Both the position numbers and the translations under genes were made by a program. Positions 25,113 to 39,158 of a stretch of DNA of 64,000 nt are shown one piece after another. Position 1 is the stretch's first letter. Each line of letters starts with the position of its first letter. Under the pieces are notes generated by a model. It was given only the letters and a program-made list of their open reading frames with translations. It was not told the origin of the DNA and made no database searches. Origin of the DNA: Haliotis cracherodii (lineage: Eukaryota); assembly GCF_022045235.1 (NCBI RefSeq), contig NW_027266319.1:1364001-1428000 (forward strand), given 5' to 3'.

Positions 25113-26784
25113 TTGCCGAAACATCGCCTTTATAGTAAATAAAGAAGTTGTTATTCTTAAAATGTGACTACTTTGATAGACTGGTGTTTACACAATAGAT
25201 AAGTATATAGTTGGAGTATGAAGCCAGATGATGTACATATAAATGGGGTTAACAAGGCGTTATAGTAAAACAATACAGTGATTGTTACTCATCCAGATGT
25301 ATATAACCCCCTACTTCTCATTTCTGTACATCACTTGCTTCATGGCGGTGTTAGCATCTTCACCGACACGTCGCAGTCATTGTAATATGTGTTTGTTTGT
25401 TGTTTAACGCCGCACTCAGTAATACTCCAGCTATATGACGGCGGTCTGTAATTAATCGAATCTGGAACAGATAATCCACTGATTGACGTCATGAACATCG
25501 ATCTACGCAATTGGGAAACAATGACATGCATCAACCGAGTCAGCGAGCCTGACAACCCGATCCCGTTGGTCTACGACAAGCGTAGTCGCCTTTCACGGCA
25601 AGCATGGGTTGCTGAAGACCTATTTTAACACGGATCTTCACGAGTCTATTGGGATCTTAACACTCACCCGGCGCGCCCAAGTGCTCAGGATCTCATTAGG
25701 GATTGTTGACCATTGCTCAGTCAGCATGCTGAGTGTTGTTAGAGAAAATTGGCAGTGAATGCTTTATCCTATTTGTTTTAATCCTTTCACCATCTCAAAA
25801 ATCTTCTCTTACCTTTTTACTGGTATAAAACTTTATAAGAAAAAGAACTAAAAAAATAGACGCTACTTGTAAATGCCTACACTGCACCCAACAAGAAACC
25901 ACAGAACACGTGCCCATCCACTGCCCACACTCCAAAACTCACTAAACCCCAAACTCGAATTAACTTTAGGGACAATATTAAACCCTCAAAACAACACATC
26001 CAACTTTAAAGTTCTAGGCAAATACTTAAACCAAACAGATCTAATCAATCGCATTTAAAAAATTAAAAAACAACAACAAAAAACCCCTCCAAATAAGCAA
26101 ATAAACTAACCAAAACAAAACCCCTAAACTCAAACTCAAACCCCACCTCCCTCAGGCTCTCCACCTGCTGGCATACATTCCAAATCTCCGATTTCAAAAT
26201 TCCTATATAAGCAATCCCTAAAAGCCCCAAATCGGAATGCCAATTATTTACGCCCCTTTCGGCTAATACACTAAATGGCCTGGTCGGCCCGTGTTCGACA
26301 TACGCTGTTAGTCGGAAAGCGCACGTTACATCCCCAACCTCAGTTAGTAATGGTATTGTGCATTCTATGTAAAAAAGATAAGAGTTGAGTTTATCTGTGG
26401 CAGGCTCTATATAGTACATGTAGCTGGTGACATTTTGAGTAAACTTGACAAATGATGAGGTATTTTGATATTCATATTATTAAAATACCTCAAATTGTAA
26501 ATAAAACTGTGATATAAATTATATTATTTTTTATATTTAATGTGGGGAAAAGTTCATGTTGGGTATTGTCTAAGTTGGAAATCGTCCTGTGGGGAAATGT
26601 ACTACACTCGTAAAAAAAGATGAAATCTTTTGAAGACCTCAGGGGCACACAAAAAACAACCAAACCAAAACAAACTTTAAACGACCACCATCCGTATCCC
26701 ACATTTGGAATTTTAGAAAGTGTGATAAAGTTGTTTTTACATGTGCAAAATGTCTAACGTATGAACGACCGACTTCTAATAAAT

Positions 26785-27400
26785 AAAAGCCACAAACCCC
26801 TTTCCATAGTCAATAGAAATCTATGCTAAAAGCAAAGTCGATTGTACGATTCCGACTATATCTTGAGCATGTGTTTATGAATCACTATCAAATAGTGATG
26901 ATACCAGGTGTTTTCCAAATTGTGAGCGTATCGTGCTCCATCTGTGGCACCCGTCAAAATAGGGAATTGCATCGGACATTATTTCAGTCACTGATGTGTC
27001 AAATTTGGAGTGTCCTCTACATGTCTACAGAAAAAAAACTTTTTGAAAGCTTTACCGAGGCCTCAAATGTTATAGCCTTGAAAAAACATCTTCTGGGCAA
27101 GAGTCGTATGGCGCTCCTTGAAATCTTGGTAGAAAGGGCATGCTCGATTGTATCTCAAAAGTAGTGAAATGTAAACACCAACGGCTGGAGCTGCTGGAAT
27201 ATTGCTCGACATGAAGGGAAGGTTGACTATTGGAAAGTTGAAGTCATCCCTCTTGTCATACAGTCTTGTGGAGAGTGCTTTGTTTTCCAAAGGTTCAAAT
27301 CTGAATGTTGCAGTGACAATTAAAATGAAATCAGACAATTCTGATCGTGCTGCTCAAAGGAAGTTGTGCTTGTATCCTGATGCATAAAGATATTTGTTAT
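26785..27400 (-). mobile_element. Penelope-like retroelement 3' fragment (RT thumb, no C-terminal GIY-YIG; possibly Naiad-type)
   Basis: LSTRLYDKRDDFNFPIVNLPFMSSNIPAAPAVGVYISLLLRYNRAC; related decayed copies at about 42430-42900 and 47855-48040. Confidence 0.6.
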
Positions 27401-28082
27401 GAAATGAATAAAGACCTGAAACATGCAAGGTATTCTTATATATTTATATAGTCGCCACTTTTGGTTTGTGGCCTTTTTTACTTTTAGTGTGCCCGTTTTG
27501 GCCAGTGTGTTTGTGGCCCTTTCAACTGACCAGAAACAAAAGATTTTTTATGACATCTGCCTTGAGTGAAGGAAAAATAATCGTAAGAGAAAAAGACAGC
27601 AATAGACCTGCAACAGTTCTCATCTCTTCTAAATTCCATTTGGTGTAACACCATTTTCCATTTATTCCCACGAAAGGAAAAAGAAATTATCATAAGCTCA
27701 TCTCTACCACCCCTGCTCCTTTGCCATTTCGTAAACAGAAGCGTGTGCATGCCATATATATATACAATGTGTTGGACGAAAGTAGTACTTCAATACTTTC
27801 TGCGCATGATCGGAAACGACAGGTGCTTGTGGGACATATTTATGACGCCGGCTTCAGGCAAGGTACCAGTGTTATTGTATGTCGTTGTCATCATTCATGA
27901 AATCGTCCCCAGGTTGTCGGTCCCGTGTACAATAATCGGATGTAACTACTTTGTTTCAGGAGTTTGATATTGCCACATGTGAATGAGCTGCTGACATTCT
28001 CGCACGGCGGAGACTTTGGGAGACCTTGGCAACCTCAACACATCCACCTTGTGTTGTAAACACATTCAACAGTAGACTCGAC

Positions 28083-28655
28083 ATGGGGTTCTTTGATAGA
28101 CTTGCCCAACTACTTGGACTGAAAAAGAAGGAGGCTAATGTACTTGTCGTTGGACTGGACAACTGTGGTAAGACAACAATAATCAATCAGTTGAAACCTG
28201 CGGACGCTCAAAACACACACGACATCGTGCCAACAGTCGGATTCAATGTAGAAAAACTGAAGAACAAGAGTCTGCAGTTTACTATATTTGACATGTCAGG
28301 GCAGGGTCGCTACCGGAACCTTTGGGAACACTACTACAAAGAATGCCATGGTATTATCTTTGTTATTGACAGTGCAGATAAACTGAGGATGGTGGTTGCT
28401 AAGGACGAACTGGATGTACTGCTTCAGCATCAAGATATCCGAAACCGCCGAATACCTGTGCTCTTTTTTGCCAACAAGATGGACCTGAGAGATGCTGTGT
28501 CAAGCGTGAAGTGTTCAAGCTTGATGGGTCTGTTGACTATCAGAGATAAACCATGGCATATATGTGCCAGCAATGCCCTCACAGGGGAGGGCCTGCATGA
28601 AGGTGTTGAGTGGTTGACAGACCAGATTAAAGACTTAGTTATTGGAAAGAAATGA
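28083..28655 (+). CDS. ARL6: ADP-ribosylation factor-like 6 (BBS3), 190 aa, intronless CDS
   Basis: N-terminal MG myristoylation-type start, G1 [11 protein letters not shown]6 signature [17 protein letters not shown]4 [18 protein letters not shown]; probable 5'UTR intron 27863-27959. Confidence 0.95.
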   Translation: MGFFDRLAQLLGLKKKEANVLVVGLDNCGKTTIINQLKPADAQNTHDIVPTVGFNVEKLKNKSLQFTIFDMSGQGRYRNLWEHYYKECHGIIFVIDSADKLRMVVAKDELDVLLQHQDIRNRRIPVLFFANKMDLRDAVSSVKCSSLMGLLTIRDKPWHICASNALTGEGLHEGVEWLTDQIKDLVIGKK

Positions 28656-28829
28656 TCACTGCTACCAGTATTAATGAGTACTGTGCATTGTAGGGACAAT
28701 TTGTACATCAGATAGACATAGCTACCATGGTTACAACTTGTATATCAGTTGCTGTTCTCAGCGAATCCAATGTTATCGCATTCTTTCCAAGGCATTCAAC
28801 TTTCTATATGCCAGAACTTTTTTCAGGTT

Positions 28830-29622
28830 ATAGCTAAAACGTCACCGATTGGCGAAAACGTCACCATGCCTCAGGCGAAATCGGCTACCATTGCCTGGCG
28901 AACATGGCGCCCTATTTTGTTTTTCCCTTGGTAAAATAAATGAAATTATACTTACATGGTTGCTTGCAAACACCAATAATTGTGAAATGTTAAAACAAGT
29001 TTACATTAGAAATTAGCCTCTATTGCAACTATATTCCAACATAGCCTATACGCAACACAACTTATCGTGAAAACATAACATGCCTTGAAGTAAAATAAAT
29101 GAAATTAAACTCACATCGTCTCTTACAAACACCAATAAAAGTGAAATGTTAAAACAAGTTGACGTGAGGAATTACTACACCAACATTGTCCAATATTCCA
29201 ATTTACTCGCCGACTCTGATTGGGAGGTGCTCACTTACTGTGAAAACATTATATGCTTTGAAGTAAAATAAATGAAATTAAACTCACATCGTCTCTTACA
29301 AACACCAATAATTGTGAAAAGTTCAAACAAGTTTACATTAGAAATTAGCCCCCTGAGTCGGCTACTATCACAATGTTTGGTGGTACATGGGCCGATATTG
29401 TAAACTGTGATGAAGATGAAAACTGTGAAGAAGTGTGTATATATCATGATATATGTGAATTTATGTAGTTATCTGTGAAAAACTGGAAAATAGGAAGTAG
29501 ATCAAATAATATGTAACAAATAAAATAAATTAGCTATACTACTACCATGACTACATAAATCGTTCTTATCGTTATTAAAAATAGAGGTGCCTTTTTCGCC
29601 AGAGAAATCGGTGACGTTTTGT
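28830..29622. mobile_element. Non-autonomous element with inverted ends and three internal direct repeats
   Basis: aaaacgtcaccgatt / aatcggtgacgtttt inverted pair; gtaaaataaatgaaatta... blocks at about 28931, 29090 and 29262. Confidence 0.5.
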
Positions 29623-31289
29623 TAATGTAACAACTTAATGTAAGTTTTACAACCATTTGTTCTTTGCATTCTCTCACCATTCCTTGATGTTTAATCAAAG
29701 TTTGTTGAAACTCTGTAGTGAAGAATATGTATAATGGAAATGTATAATATTATAATTACAATGTTTTAGGAATCTCAATATGTTAAACAAATCTGTTTTA
29801 AAATCAATATTAATGGCACTATACATAATTAGTGTTAAACTGTATCCTGACAATGTGAATATGTGAAGACACTTTTACGTGTTTTTAGCTCACCTGACTC
29901 AAAGTCAATGAACTTTGGTCATGGTGTGTTTGTCCTCATTGTCCATCGTAAGCATCTCCTCAGAAACTACTGGACCAGTGAAACTAAAACTTCACATACT
30001 TGTTCCCACTAATGATGAAACCATCTGTTTTTCCAAAGGTAATCATTTGGTCCTATTTTGACATTTTAAACTGTTGACTACATATCCAGGTGAGCTATAG
30101 TGAAACTGTGGCAATATTTATTTAGATGTTAAGTGGTTAGATTTCCCAAGGAGATGTTTCTGCATTGTTTGCTTGGCTATTTTAGTTCCACCTAATCAAT
30201 TACCTTATCAGATAGAAACTACCTGTTTTGTCCCACTGGTCCTTATGATGATAACATATAGCAGTTGTTATAGCAAAACCCTCAATAATGCCAAATGTTT
30301 ACCAGTCCTCATGATATCTTAACTATTGGGCAGTTTGGCAGGTACTATAGGAATTGTAACAATTGCTGATCCTGCATGACGTGACATTATATTGTCACTC
30401 TGATAGTCAGCTATTGAAAAAGAACATTATGAAATTAGTGTCTTTTTGAATTTATACTGAAAATCAAGTTAGGTTAGCAAATAGGGTAGCAATAAAGCTG
30501 GAAGGTGAGTACCTGTTGACTCACACTGATGACTCTTGTTAAGTCCTACAAGTGTTTGAGGTAACACCAACAGAATTGATTGTTTAATGATTTGCTTACT
30601 ACTTGAGAATGTCTGCATATTTCTCACATTGTTGAAAACATGATGGGATGGGGAGGGTAGGATCTCACAAATGTTAACATGTTGGAAGTTAGGAAGTGTA
30701 TGGAACCAAGGGCTGGTCGTCGATACAGATCATAGAGATCGACAATTGTCCACTAAATATTGATCAATTATCAATGAATATCAGAGTAGTAACATTGAGC
30801 AACTATTCAAAAAAATGTCAGAAAGAAATCGACATATTTCATCCCATTGTTGAGTGGTGGCACATACCTTATATACATGGATTACTTGGTGAACATTTAT
30901 GATATAACATGCTTTCCATCTTCGGCAGTTGACATTATTGACAAAACAAGTTTGGGTTATCTGAACTATATTTCATCACAATAGTTCATGTAAGATATTA
31001 TCAATGATACAAATTTCATATCAATAATTATTAATATTTCTTTACATGAACGATAATTCTGATTATCAATCTTTTTAGCCAGCCCTGATGAGACCAAGCT
31101 TGAGCAAGACATGTCTGGATGATGGGGAGTTATTGTTCCACCTCATGAATGTATCTTAGTGACTTGTACCTCTGCTGAATGTAGTAATGTCATCACTGCG
31201 ATACTGAGATGCATGTGTTCACATGAAACCTTACTTTTTCTGGTAGTATTACCACCAAGATAATTTGTGGTTTACAAATATGACCATCC

Positions 31290-31392
31290 GGGCCCCATTC
31301 CACAAACGTAGCGCTAAGATGATTGTAACTCCCATTCTTTCTCATCGGCTTACAACAGTCGTAGCAGTACAATCGCTTTGTGGAATTGGCCC
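31290..31392. mobile_element. Small MITE (GGGCC termini, Harbinger-like)
   Basis: GGGCCCCATTCCACAAA / TTTGTGGAATTGGCCC. Confidence 0.55.
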
Positions 31393-31674
31393 TAAACTGT
31401 TTAGATACTTGAATGTTGATTATTTGCTGTACCCGTCCATCAGCACGATAAGGATGATCTACATGGTTGCAGAGTCCAGAAGCTCTTGATACTTTCCCAC
31501 TCTTTGGGATCATTTTGATTTACATTCCAGAAACACATACACTTCTGTGATAATCACTGTGTTACCAAATATCACTGCAAGGTGCTGCCATTTTGAGAAT
31601 GTTTTTGTTTTGTGATCAAGAAATCATTGGACTTTTGTTATAATGATTGAAGTTTGCCGTCCATGACCATTTTC

Positions 31675-31932
31675 TTAAGGGAGCAACCATTTGATTTTCA
31701 GGAGGGGGTGTCTCGGTTGAGGAAAAAGTAATATTCTCTTTTGTTGAAGACTATAAAGTGTCCAAAGAGTACTGTTAATCATTTTTATTTATTTTATTAA
31801 AAAAATAACAATTGAGCATCGGCTGATGTTGGAAGAATAATTGAGCTCCTAAACTTGAAAAAAGAAAAATGCTTACCCCTTACTAAAATCCTCTCCCCCC
31901 TCCCCCTTGAAAATAAAATGGTTGCTCCTTAA
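31675..31932. mobile_element. MITE with TTAAGGGAGCAACCATTT TIRs
   Basis: Inverted termini with G-rich and C-rich subterminal tracts. Confidence 0.65.
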
Positions 31933-34147
31933 GAAGATGAATTGTAATTGCCTTGTCTTCAGAATAGCAGCAGTTGGTTTCAACTACCTGCATATGTCAT
32001 GGTGGACGTTTGTTGTGTTGCTTGAGGGTATGATGTTTCTGTATTACTTGGATCATTCAGACAAGGCTCTGCATAGCAGGATCGGGTAAAGAGTCTGAGT
32101 GGGCAACAAGGGTGTCAGCTGGTCTGCTTCAACAGTGTTAGTTTTGTCAAATGATATGGAGTGTTGAAATCTGTATATGTGATATTAGTGTCCAAGTGAA
32201 GAAAGAATGGAGTTGGTGTGCATTTTATTGCGAGAGGTGAAATTGTTATGTTACCACACCCACTTCCCTCTTTACTGTTGAAATACAGTGAAATTATTCT
32301 GGGGTTATCAGCTTTACACAGACGTTCAATTACTAGTTTTGAACTTTTTATGCATTTTCAACCACATGGATAAGGCATTTAATTTTTAGAAAGCATCAAG
32401 CATCTATGTTAGTATACTATTGTTTTCTCAAATTGATAAAAATGTATTTCCCTCACTTTCTCACATGTAGTGACATTCACACAGTGTCAATACACATCAA
32501 GTAACAAGATTACAGTGACGTCATAGTTTAAAGAATATGTCAAAATATGTTCGCAACATTGTGTAAAATGGGAAAATTCCCTTTTTGTTTAATATTATTT
32601 TCGCTGTATCTTTGACAGTCTGAATCTATGACTAATAGCTTCACCACTACATGTTGGTAATAGATTAACTTACAACATCACTGTAACATTCCCATGCTCG
32701 GCAGTTCAAGTTATGCATTGTTCACATACCAGCAGACATCCTTAAGGATTATGTTAAAGAAATTGTTCACTTAGATAAGAACTGTATCTTATTTTATCCT
32801 ACCTTTACGCTGTTGGCCGTTAGATTAACCTCACCTTGTGTCCATCACTAAATATAGCATTGTTCATCAAGTCAGCAAAGACAAAGTCACAAGACTGGAG
32901 CAGGCTGATGATCCAAGTAATATGTCACCGTTGCTCATGTTGAAGAGGTTATTTCACCGTCCGTCCACTTGTGTATATGGCACATGTTAAAGATAATGAT
33001 TGTTTAAGAGCAAATATTTTGTTGTCTACTTTCATAAATATTTTGTGTTGGCAATATAACCAAATTTTGTACTGGTCTGGTTTTCTTTTGAAGGTTTGGA
33101 GTGGTCACCCAGTGGTGGTGGCCCAGTCATCTGAGGCACACTCATTGTCTGTGCAGAGTTGCATACCTTAGTCATGCCATGATCTGCTGATTGTGGGTTC
33201 AAATCTTATCTTCAGTTTGTCAGCACCATGATCTGATCATGGGTCACCTGTTGATGGATTTCACCTGTTGATGGGTTTCACCTGCTGGTGGGTTTCACCT
33301 GCTCATGGGTTTCATCTGCACATGGGTTTCACAAAGGTGCTAAACATCTACGACCTGTATCACTGTGGGCTGGCTTCTACGTTCAGACTGTTTATTCCTG
33401 AAATATTGTCAATCCAATGTACAACAAGCAAGTACAATATGAGTGGGATGGTCACATAGAAAGTAGTGCATTTACCACTGACTGTCTTGTTCTAGGGATT
33501 ACCTGGCCCATATTGTCCTGACAATGCTAAAATATTTCTGAGGCCATATTCATGAATTAAATCCCACAGAAGCAGCATGTTTCTGGTTTTCACTGCTGTC
33601 TGATGACAAATATGTCCATTAATACATGTGACCTGTGAAGATCCAAAACCAAACATATTAACACATGTAACATGGAGCCACAGACTATGTACAGTGTGTC
33701 AGCAGCTGATGTGGAACTTTATAGCTGGACAGTACAGTGTTTGAAATATTAAGGAAATGCCAGAGTATCATCAGGACCCACAGACTTTAGAAGCTGCAGG
33801 CCCTGATTAAACTCTTCAGGCCCTCATTTACACAAATAACTTGACATGTAATTTTACAAACTTGAAACTATGGGCCCGACACGAGATCTACCTGCCACAG
33901 TCCTACAGGCTGGCACTCTTTTCAAACACTTGGACTGTATGGCATTGTTGGACATCTGTTGAGGAGCAGTCACTCAGTGTTGCACAATCAAGATGCACCA
34001 ATTGCTCAAGGGCATGTCCAGCAATACATGCATGAACGTACAGTGTGAGTATTAATTGCTTCGAAAACGTACGTCTATTTCATCATTGTTATAATTCTGT
34101 ATTATAGCTCTCGTTACCCAATGAAAATCTTTAGATTTTCAACAGAA

Positions 34148-34408
34148 GGCACGGGTGGGTGGCCCAATTGTCTAAGGTGCCGCCATTCGCTGTGCAGAGT
34201 TGCGTCCCTTGGACAAGCCAGAAACCTATGATTGAGGGTTCGAATCCTGGTTCGCCCAGATTATGTTTCTAGGTTTGTCCGCACCATACACGTGGTTAAC
34301 GTCTGAGACCTGCATCACTTCAGGCTTTTCTCCCACATTAAGCTGACACGCCGAGATATAACTGGAATACTGTTAAAAGCCGCGTTAAACCCAACTCACC
34401 TACTCACT
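34148..34408 (+). mobile_element. tRNA-derived SINE family C
   Basis: Matches the 8938-9225 consensus. Confidence 0.85.
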
Positions 34409-36477
34409 AGATTTTAAACAGAAATCCTGATCAGTGCCAGCTATCAATTATCAGTCGTGTGGATAATAGTGTTCTACTGCCCAAAGACATCCTTTCTGTG
34501 TGCTTGAGTCAACTTCTGGAGAAAAACATTCTGAGTATGTCTTTTGCATATTTTGGTAGTTTGTCTGATTCGATGAAATGCGAGAGAGATGCGTAAACAC
34601 GCCCTTGTCCCCTTATATACAACCTACCCAGCCACTGGAAAGCCCTCGCCAGTCTATCGGCAATAGAACAAAAGAAGTTTCTGTAACATACTATCACTGT
34701 CAAGATGGGAAGTTTACACACCACATCAGATTCTAAATAAGGTACTTCCTGACGACTGATCACTGTCCAAACACAATGCAATGAGCGTCTACCGAATCCC
34801 AACAGAAACAATGCAACACGGCTACAATCAGTGTTGAACAATAAAATACACTGTCATGTAACAATATTTTCAAGTTGACGTTACTAGATACATATTATTT
34901 TGACGTAAGTCGTGACTGTTAGTGGGAAGGCTGGCGTCACCCTCTCTATCAAGAGCCTGCATTTCATTTCAACAGACTGCCGAAATCGTGTTGTACCACC
35001 GTTAACAAATCGACACATTTTAGCCAATGGCGTTTTCAGATGAACCAACGTCACGCGAACGTCAACGTAAGACAGCACGACAGATTTGGGGGTGGGTCTC
35101 TGATGATATGGGGCGGGGGTACAGTGACTGCCTCCGGGGTAGAATAGGTCTTCAGCAATCCAGGCTTTTCATAAGAGGCGACTATGGTTCTCTAAAGAGG
35201 CGAATAACGGGATCGGGTGGTCGGGCTCCCTGATTTGGTTGATGTATGTCATCGTATCCCAATTGAGTGGATCGATGCTCAGGATGTCAGTCACTGGATC
35301 GTCTTGTCCAGTCTCGATTTATTAACAGACCGCCCTGATATAACTGGAATATTGCTGGGTGAGGCGTTAAACAACAAACAAACAAACACACACAATTACT
35401 GCCAGAACACCACTGCACATTGTCCGTGGAAGGGTCACTGGACAATTACTACCGAGACGACATTTTGGCGCCAATAGTTGTGCTTCTTGATCAGCATGCT
35501 GGTACGTGTTTGGTTTCCAAACGATAACTTTCGTGTCTACAGTGCACGTGCACTACCTCCAGCAGAAAACATCACTATTTACCCATAGAGCACGTGATCG
35601 GGATACGTGTTTGCCAACGCTAAAGGCCACCCGCTACGTTACTGAAAATGAGCCAGGCGCTGCAAGAGAAGTGAGGTGAGATGAGGTGAAATGGGATTTA
35701 ACGTCACGTTCCAGATTGTTACACTTATATGACCGTTCACACATCAATTCCTCTTTGACCGATCATGGGGACATGACCCCTTATTGGTCAGGTAATCTTA
35801 AACGATCCTTTTTTCACTACATACGCTTGTCGTCTTCTTGGATGTTTGCTCCTATATAACAGCCAACATGTTCTATGGATTGCTCAGACACACCTGGTCC
35901 ATGTTCGTATCCACCCAATACCATCACTCGAAACCTTTTTGTATTTCTGTGATCTGTTATTTCAGGATATTCCTGTAGAATGGCAGCCACCTCAACTGCC
36001 CATCCTTGTGGTTGTGTTTATAAAATAATAAGTTGTGTAAGTTGCTAAACTCCTTACACAAGCTGCATGCTCAAAGCGCTAACATTACTACCCCGGTCAA
36101 TGGATCAATATGCACTCGATGTTTTCATTCTCAGCTCCCCGGAGAGTATAAAACCCAAGCTGCCTGTGGGGCGCTTAAAGGTTAACAGCTACATTTCCCT
36201 TTCGAGCAACCAGGTACCCATTCACTGCTGCGTGGAAAGGGGAGGGGCATTTCGGAGAAAGTCACTAGACAGAGGAAACACCACGTGTGCTACACGTGCT
36301 TCAGTGTGGGCTAGGACCGAATCCCTAGGAACTTAAGCGAGCCGTATGCATACCCAAAGGGTCTCTACAAACAGGTTCATGTTTGATTACAGAAGGCTCA
36401 TATGCCTTTACTGCTATTAATTTTGAAAGAAAGTTCTACCAACAATTTGAAAGTCTTTGGAATGATTGTAACTGAAA

Positions 36478-37330
36478 TGCCTACCATCCCAGAAAAGCCA
36501 AGATGGCAAACCATTGGCATGTCATGTCTGGATATTGCCACCGCGTTGGACATTAATCATACTGTAATCAGTCGACTCATTCGAAAATACACATTGACTT
36601 GACACAGGTGGGACTTGCCGAGATCAGGACGTCCACGAAGATCAGTGCCAGAGAGGGCAGGATCATTGTGCGTCAGCCAACGGCTGCCAACTTCAACTTG
36701 CACTGTTCTTCGTCATCGCTGCCATACCCACACCAGAGTGTCCCTCAGCACCACCAGGCGTCGACTGAATGCAGCAGGACTAAGGGCCAGGAGACCAATA
36801 AGACGTCCACTCTTCTCACCCCAGCACATCCGGGGCCCTTTAGCCTGGTGTCTGGCTCGAGCACTCTGGAACTTGAGGTCATAGAGGAGGATTCATGGAT
36901 CTGACGAGAGTCCACCACAGTTATTGCACCACACTGATGGGTATGACTCGTGTCTGGAGGCAAAGGGAACATCTTATGATCAGCGCAACATCCAGGAAAC
37001 AGTGGCATGCGGTGGCGGCTCAGTGATGGCGTTGCTCCTAACTTGACTTGGTTGATAGTTCAAGGTTCATGCAATGGACGACAATGCCCGACCACACCGA
37101 GCACGAGCTGTGACTGTCTCCAGTACAATACCATGGAAACTGCGAAGCATCTATGGGATCATTTGGGTCGTAGGGTTAGAGCCAGGGATCCTCCAGTACA
37201 GAATCTCCGCGAACCTGGCATTGCATCAGGAATAGCAACACATCCTTCAGTTGAGGATCAGGCGTCTGACTTTGAGCACGACGTCTTGTGGATGTGCCCC
37301 GTGTATGGGGTAGCTACACAAGATATTGAC
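36478..37330 (+). mobile_element. Degenerate Tc1/mariner transposase
   Basis: HTH-like DIATALDINHTVISRLIRKY, PRSGRPR, DNARPHRA and HLWDHLGRRVR split across frames; another fragment at about 34990-35650. Confidence 0.8.
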
Positions 37331-38590
37331 TTACTCTGTTGATCATTTAGCTGTGTATCCGTGATGATCCAGAATATAGGGCTTCAGCAACCTACAATTG
37401 CCGTAAAATGTGATCGCATTTAAATTGCGTGGATCAATGCTCATGACGTCAATCACTGGATTGTCTGGTCCAGACTCGAATATTTATAGACCGCTGTCAT
37501 ATAGCTGGAATATTGATGAGTGCGGCGTTAAACAACAAAAAACATTTAACTGTGACACTGTTTACTAATCTCTTGTCGTGTTCTTCACACGATGTGTGCT
37601 CGTGAGAATATATTCTCTACACGTCCAAACCGGGTTCAAACGTAATTTCCGATCATAATGCATTGTGTGCAGGCCACGTGACCCATTTTGAAAACCATAC
37701 CGTGTGGAAAAGACATATGGACAGCTCCCTTTGAATAAAAATGTTCGTTGATTTTGTTTGTTGAATTATTTCAAACTGTCTATTAGTAACCCCTTATACT
37801 TCAAGACCATGCAGTGTCGAAAACCCCTAACAGTGTGGTATCAGCAGGCAAAGAAATGCCAGGGGGAGAAAACGGTGAAGTCCAGGCGCATACATTTAAC
37901 GTGGCCAAAGTGACTGCGTTCTAGAAACTAGTTATTTGACCTAAACTGACGGCAAAAATAACTTTGCCACTTGAAATAAAATCGCAAAAACTTAAAAAAA
38001 CATATATGTTCAAACTAAATAATGTAAAACACATCGTCCAAACAAAACAATGTTCCATGCAGAAAGTTATAGACGTTCTCGGGGCGGTTTTGGGGGGAGT
38101 TTTTTCTGTATTCAGAAAATACAAAAACGTGAAAAACACGTGCATGGGCAGGCTAACTACACGTGCAATAAGAGTATATACATGAAACGAACAAACGGCC
38201 AAGAACAGGCAGACCCAGGGTAACTATGCACAATTAGGACCGATACTTGCATACATTGCTTCTCCGGAATCGTGTCACAGAGCTTCACCTATTGTTCAAG
38301 GATACTGTCGATATAGAGAGATGTAAAGGGTTCTCGTCCAGTGTCGATGTAGACATATGTAAATGGTTCTTATCTACTGTCGACACAGACGTATTCAAGA
38401 ATATATTTGTTATATATTGTCCAGACAAGTGGTGGGACCTGTGTAATAAGTTGAAATAGCAGACAATCAGTGTAGGTCATGTGTAATAAGTACAAAGAGA
38501 AAGCATACGACCGATGCAGTAACGTTTTATTTCAACATCGTACATCATGCTGTACTGCATCACGTGCACAGGGGTAATTCTACATCTCCA

Positions 38591-38703
38591 TCACACAATA
38601 GGGCTGCTTGGCAGGTGAAGGACGCCGTCCAGGACGTAGATGACGCCGTTGGTGGCGTGAATCACGTTCAGGATGCGGGCTTTGTTGAACTGCTGCACGT
38701 GAC
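38591..38703 (-). CDS. Secreted fasciclin (FAS1 x2) protein, exon 6 (last)
   Basis: IHATNGVIYVLDGVL is the FAS1 H2 motif; ttgcag| acceptor; AATAAA on the - strand at 38526-38531. Confidence 0.9.
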
Positions 38704-39047
38704 CTGCAATGTATTTACAACAGAATGGTTTTCTAGTCTGTAAAACAGCAAATAGTTTGAAGTGCCAGGAAGAGAAGCCTTTAATTATGCTGAGGTCCTG
38801 CAGCTTTACAAGTTGGTACTCTAGGATTGACCAGGGACAGACGGACCACGGTATTGGGTCTTTCAGGCAGTGAATATGGCTGACAACAACGTCTTCCACG
38901 TGTCTTCAATGTGTACTGGTCTTGTGTCTACCATGTGTACTGGCGCGTGTCTTCAATTTGTACGGTCCTTGTGTCCATCGCGTGTACTGGCTTGTGTCTT
39001 CATCGTATACAGGCCTTAATTTGCGTCTACCATGATATGTGTCTCAC

Positions 39048-39158
39048 CGTTCTGCATGCCGACGTGGATACGATGTCCCTCTAGGGAGGTGAGCATGTCG
39101 TTCTGATGCAGAGAGGTGGGGGCGTGGATGCCGTCAAGGACGTGGTACATCATGGTAC
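39048..39158 (-). CDS. Fasciclin protein exon 5
   Basis: STMMYHVLDG...DMLTSLEG, FAS1 YH motif; GT-AG, phase 1 to 1. Confidence 0.87.

Noticed and set aside
28026-28082. N-terminal extension of ARL6 in the ORF track
   Set aside because: Begins at TTG; the ATG at 28083 gives the conserved MG start.
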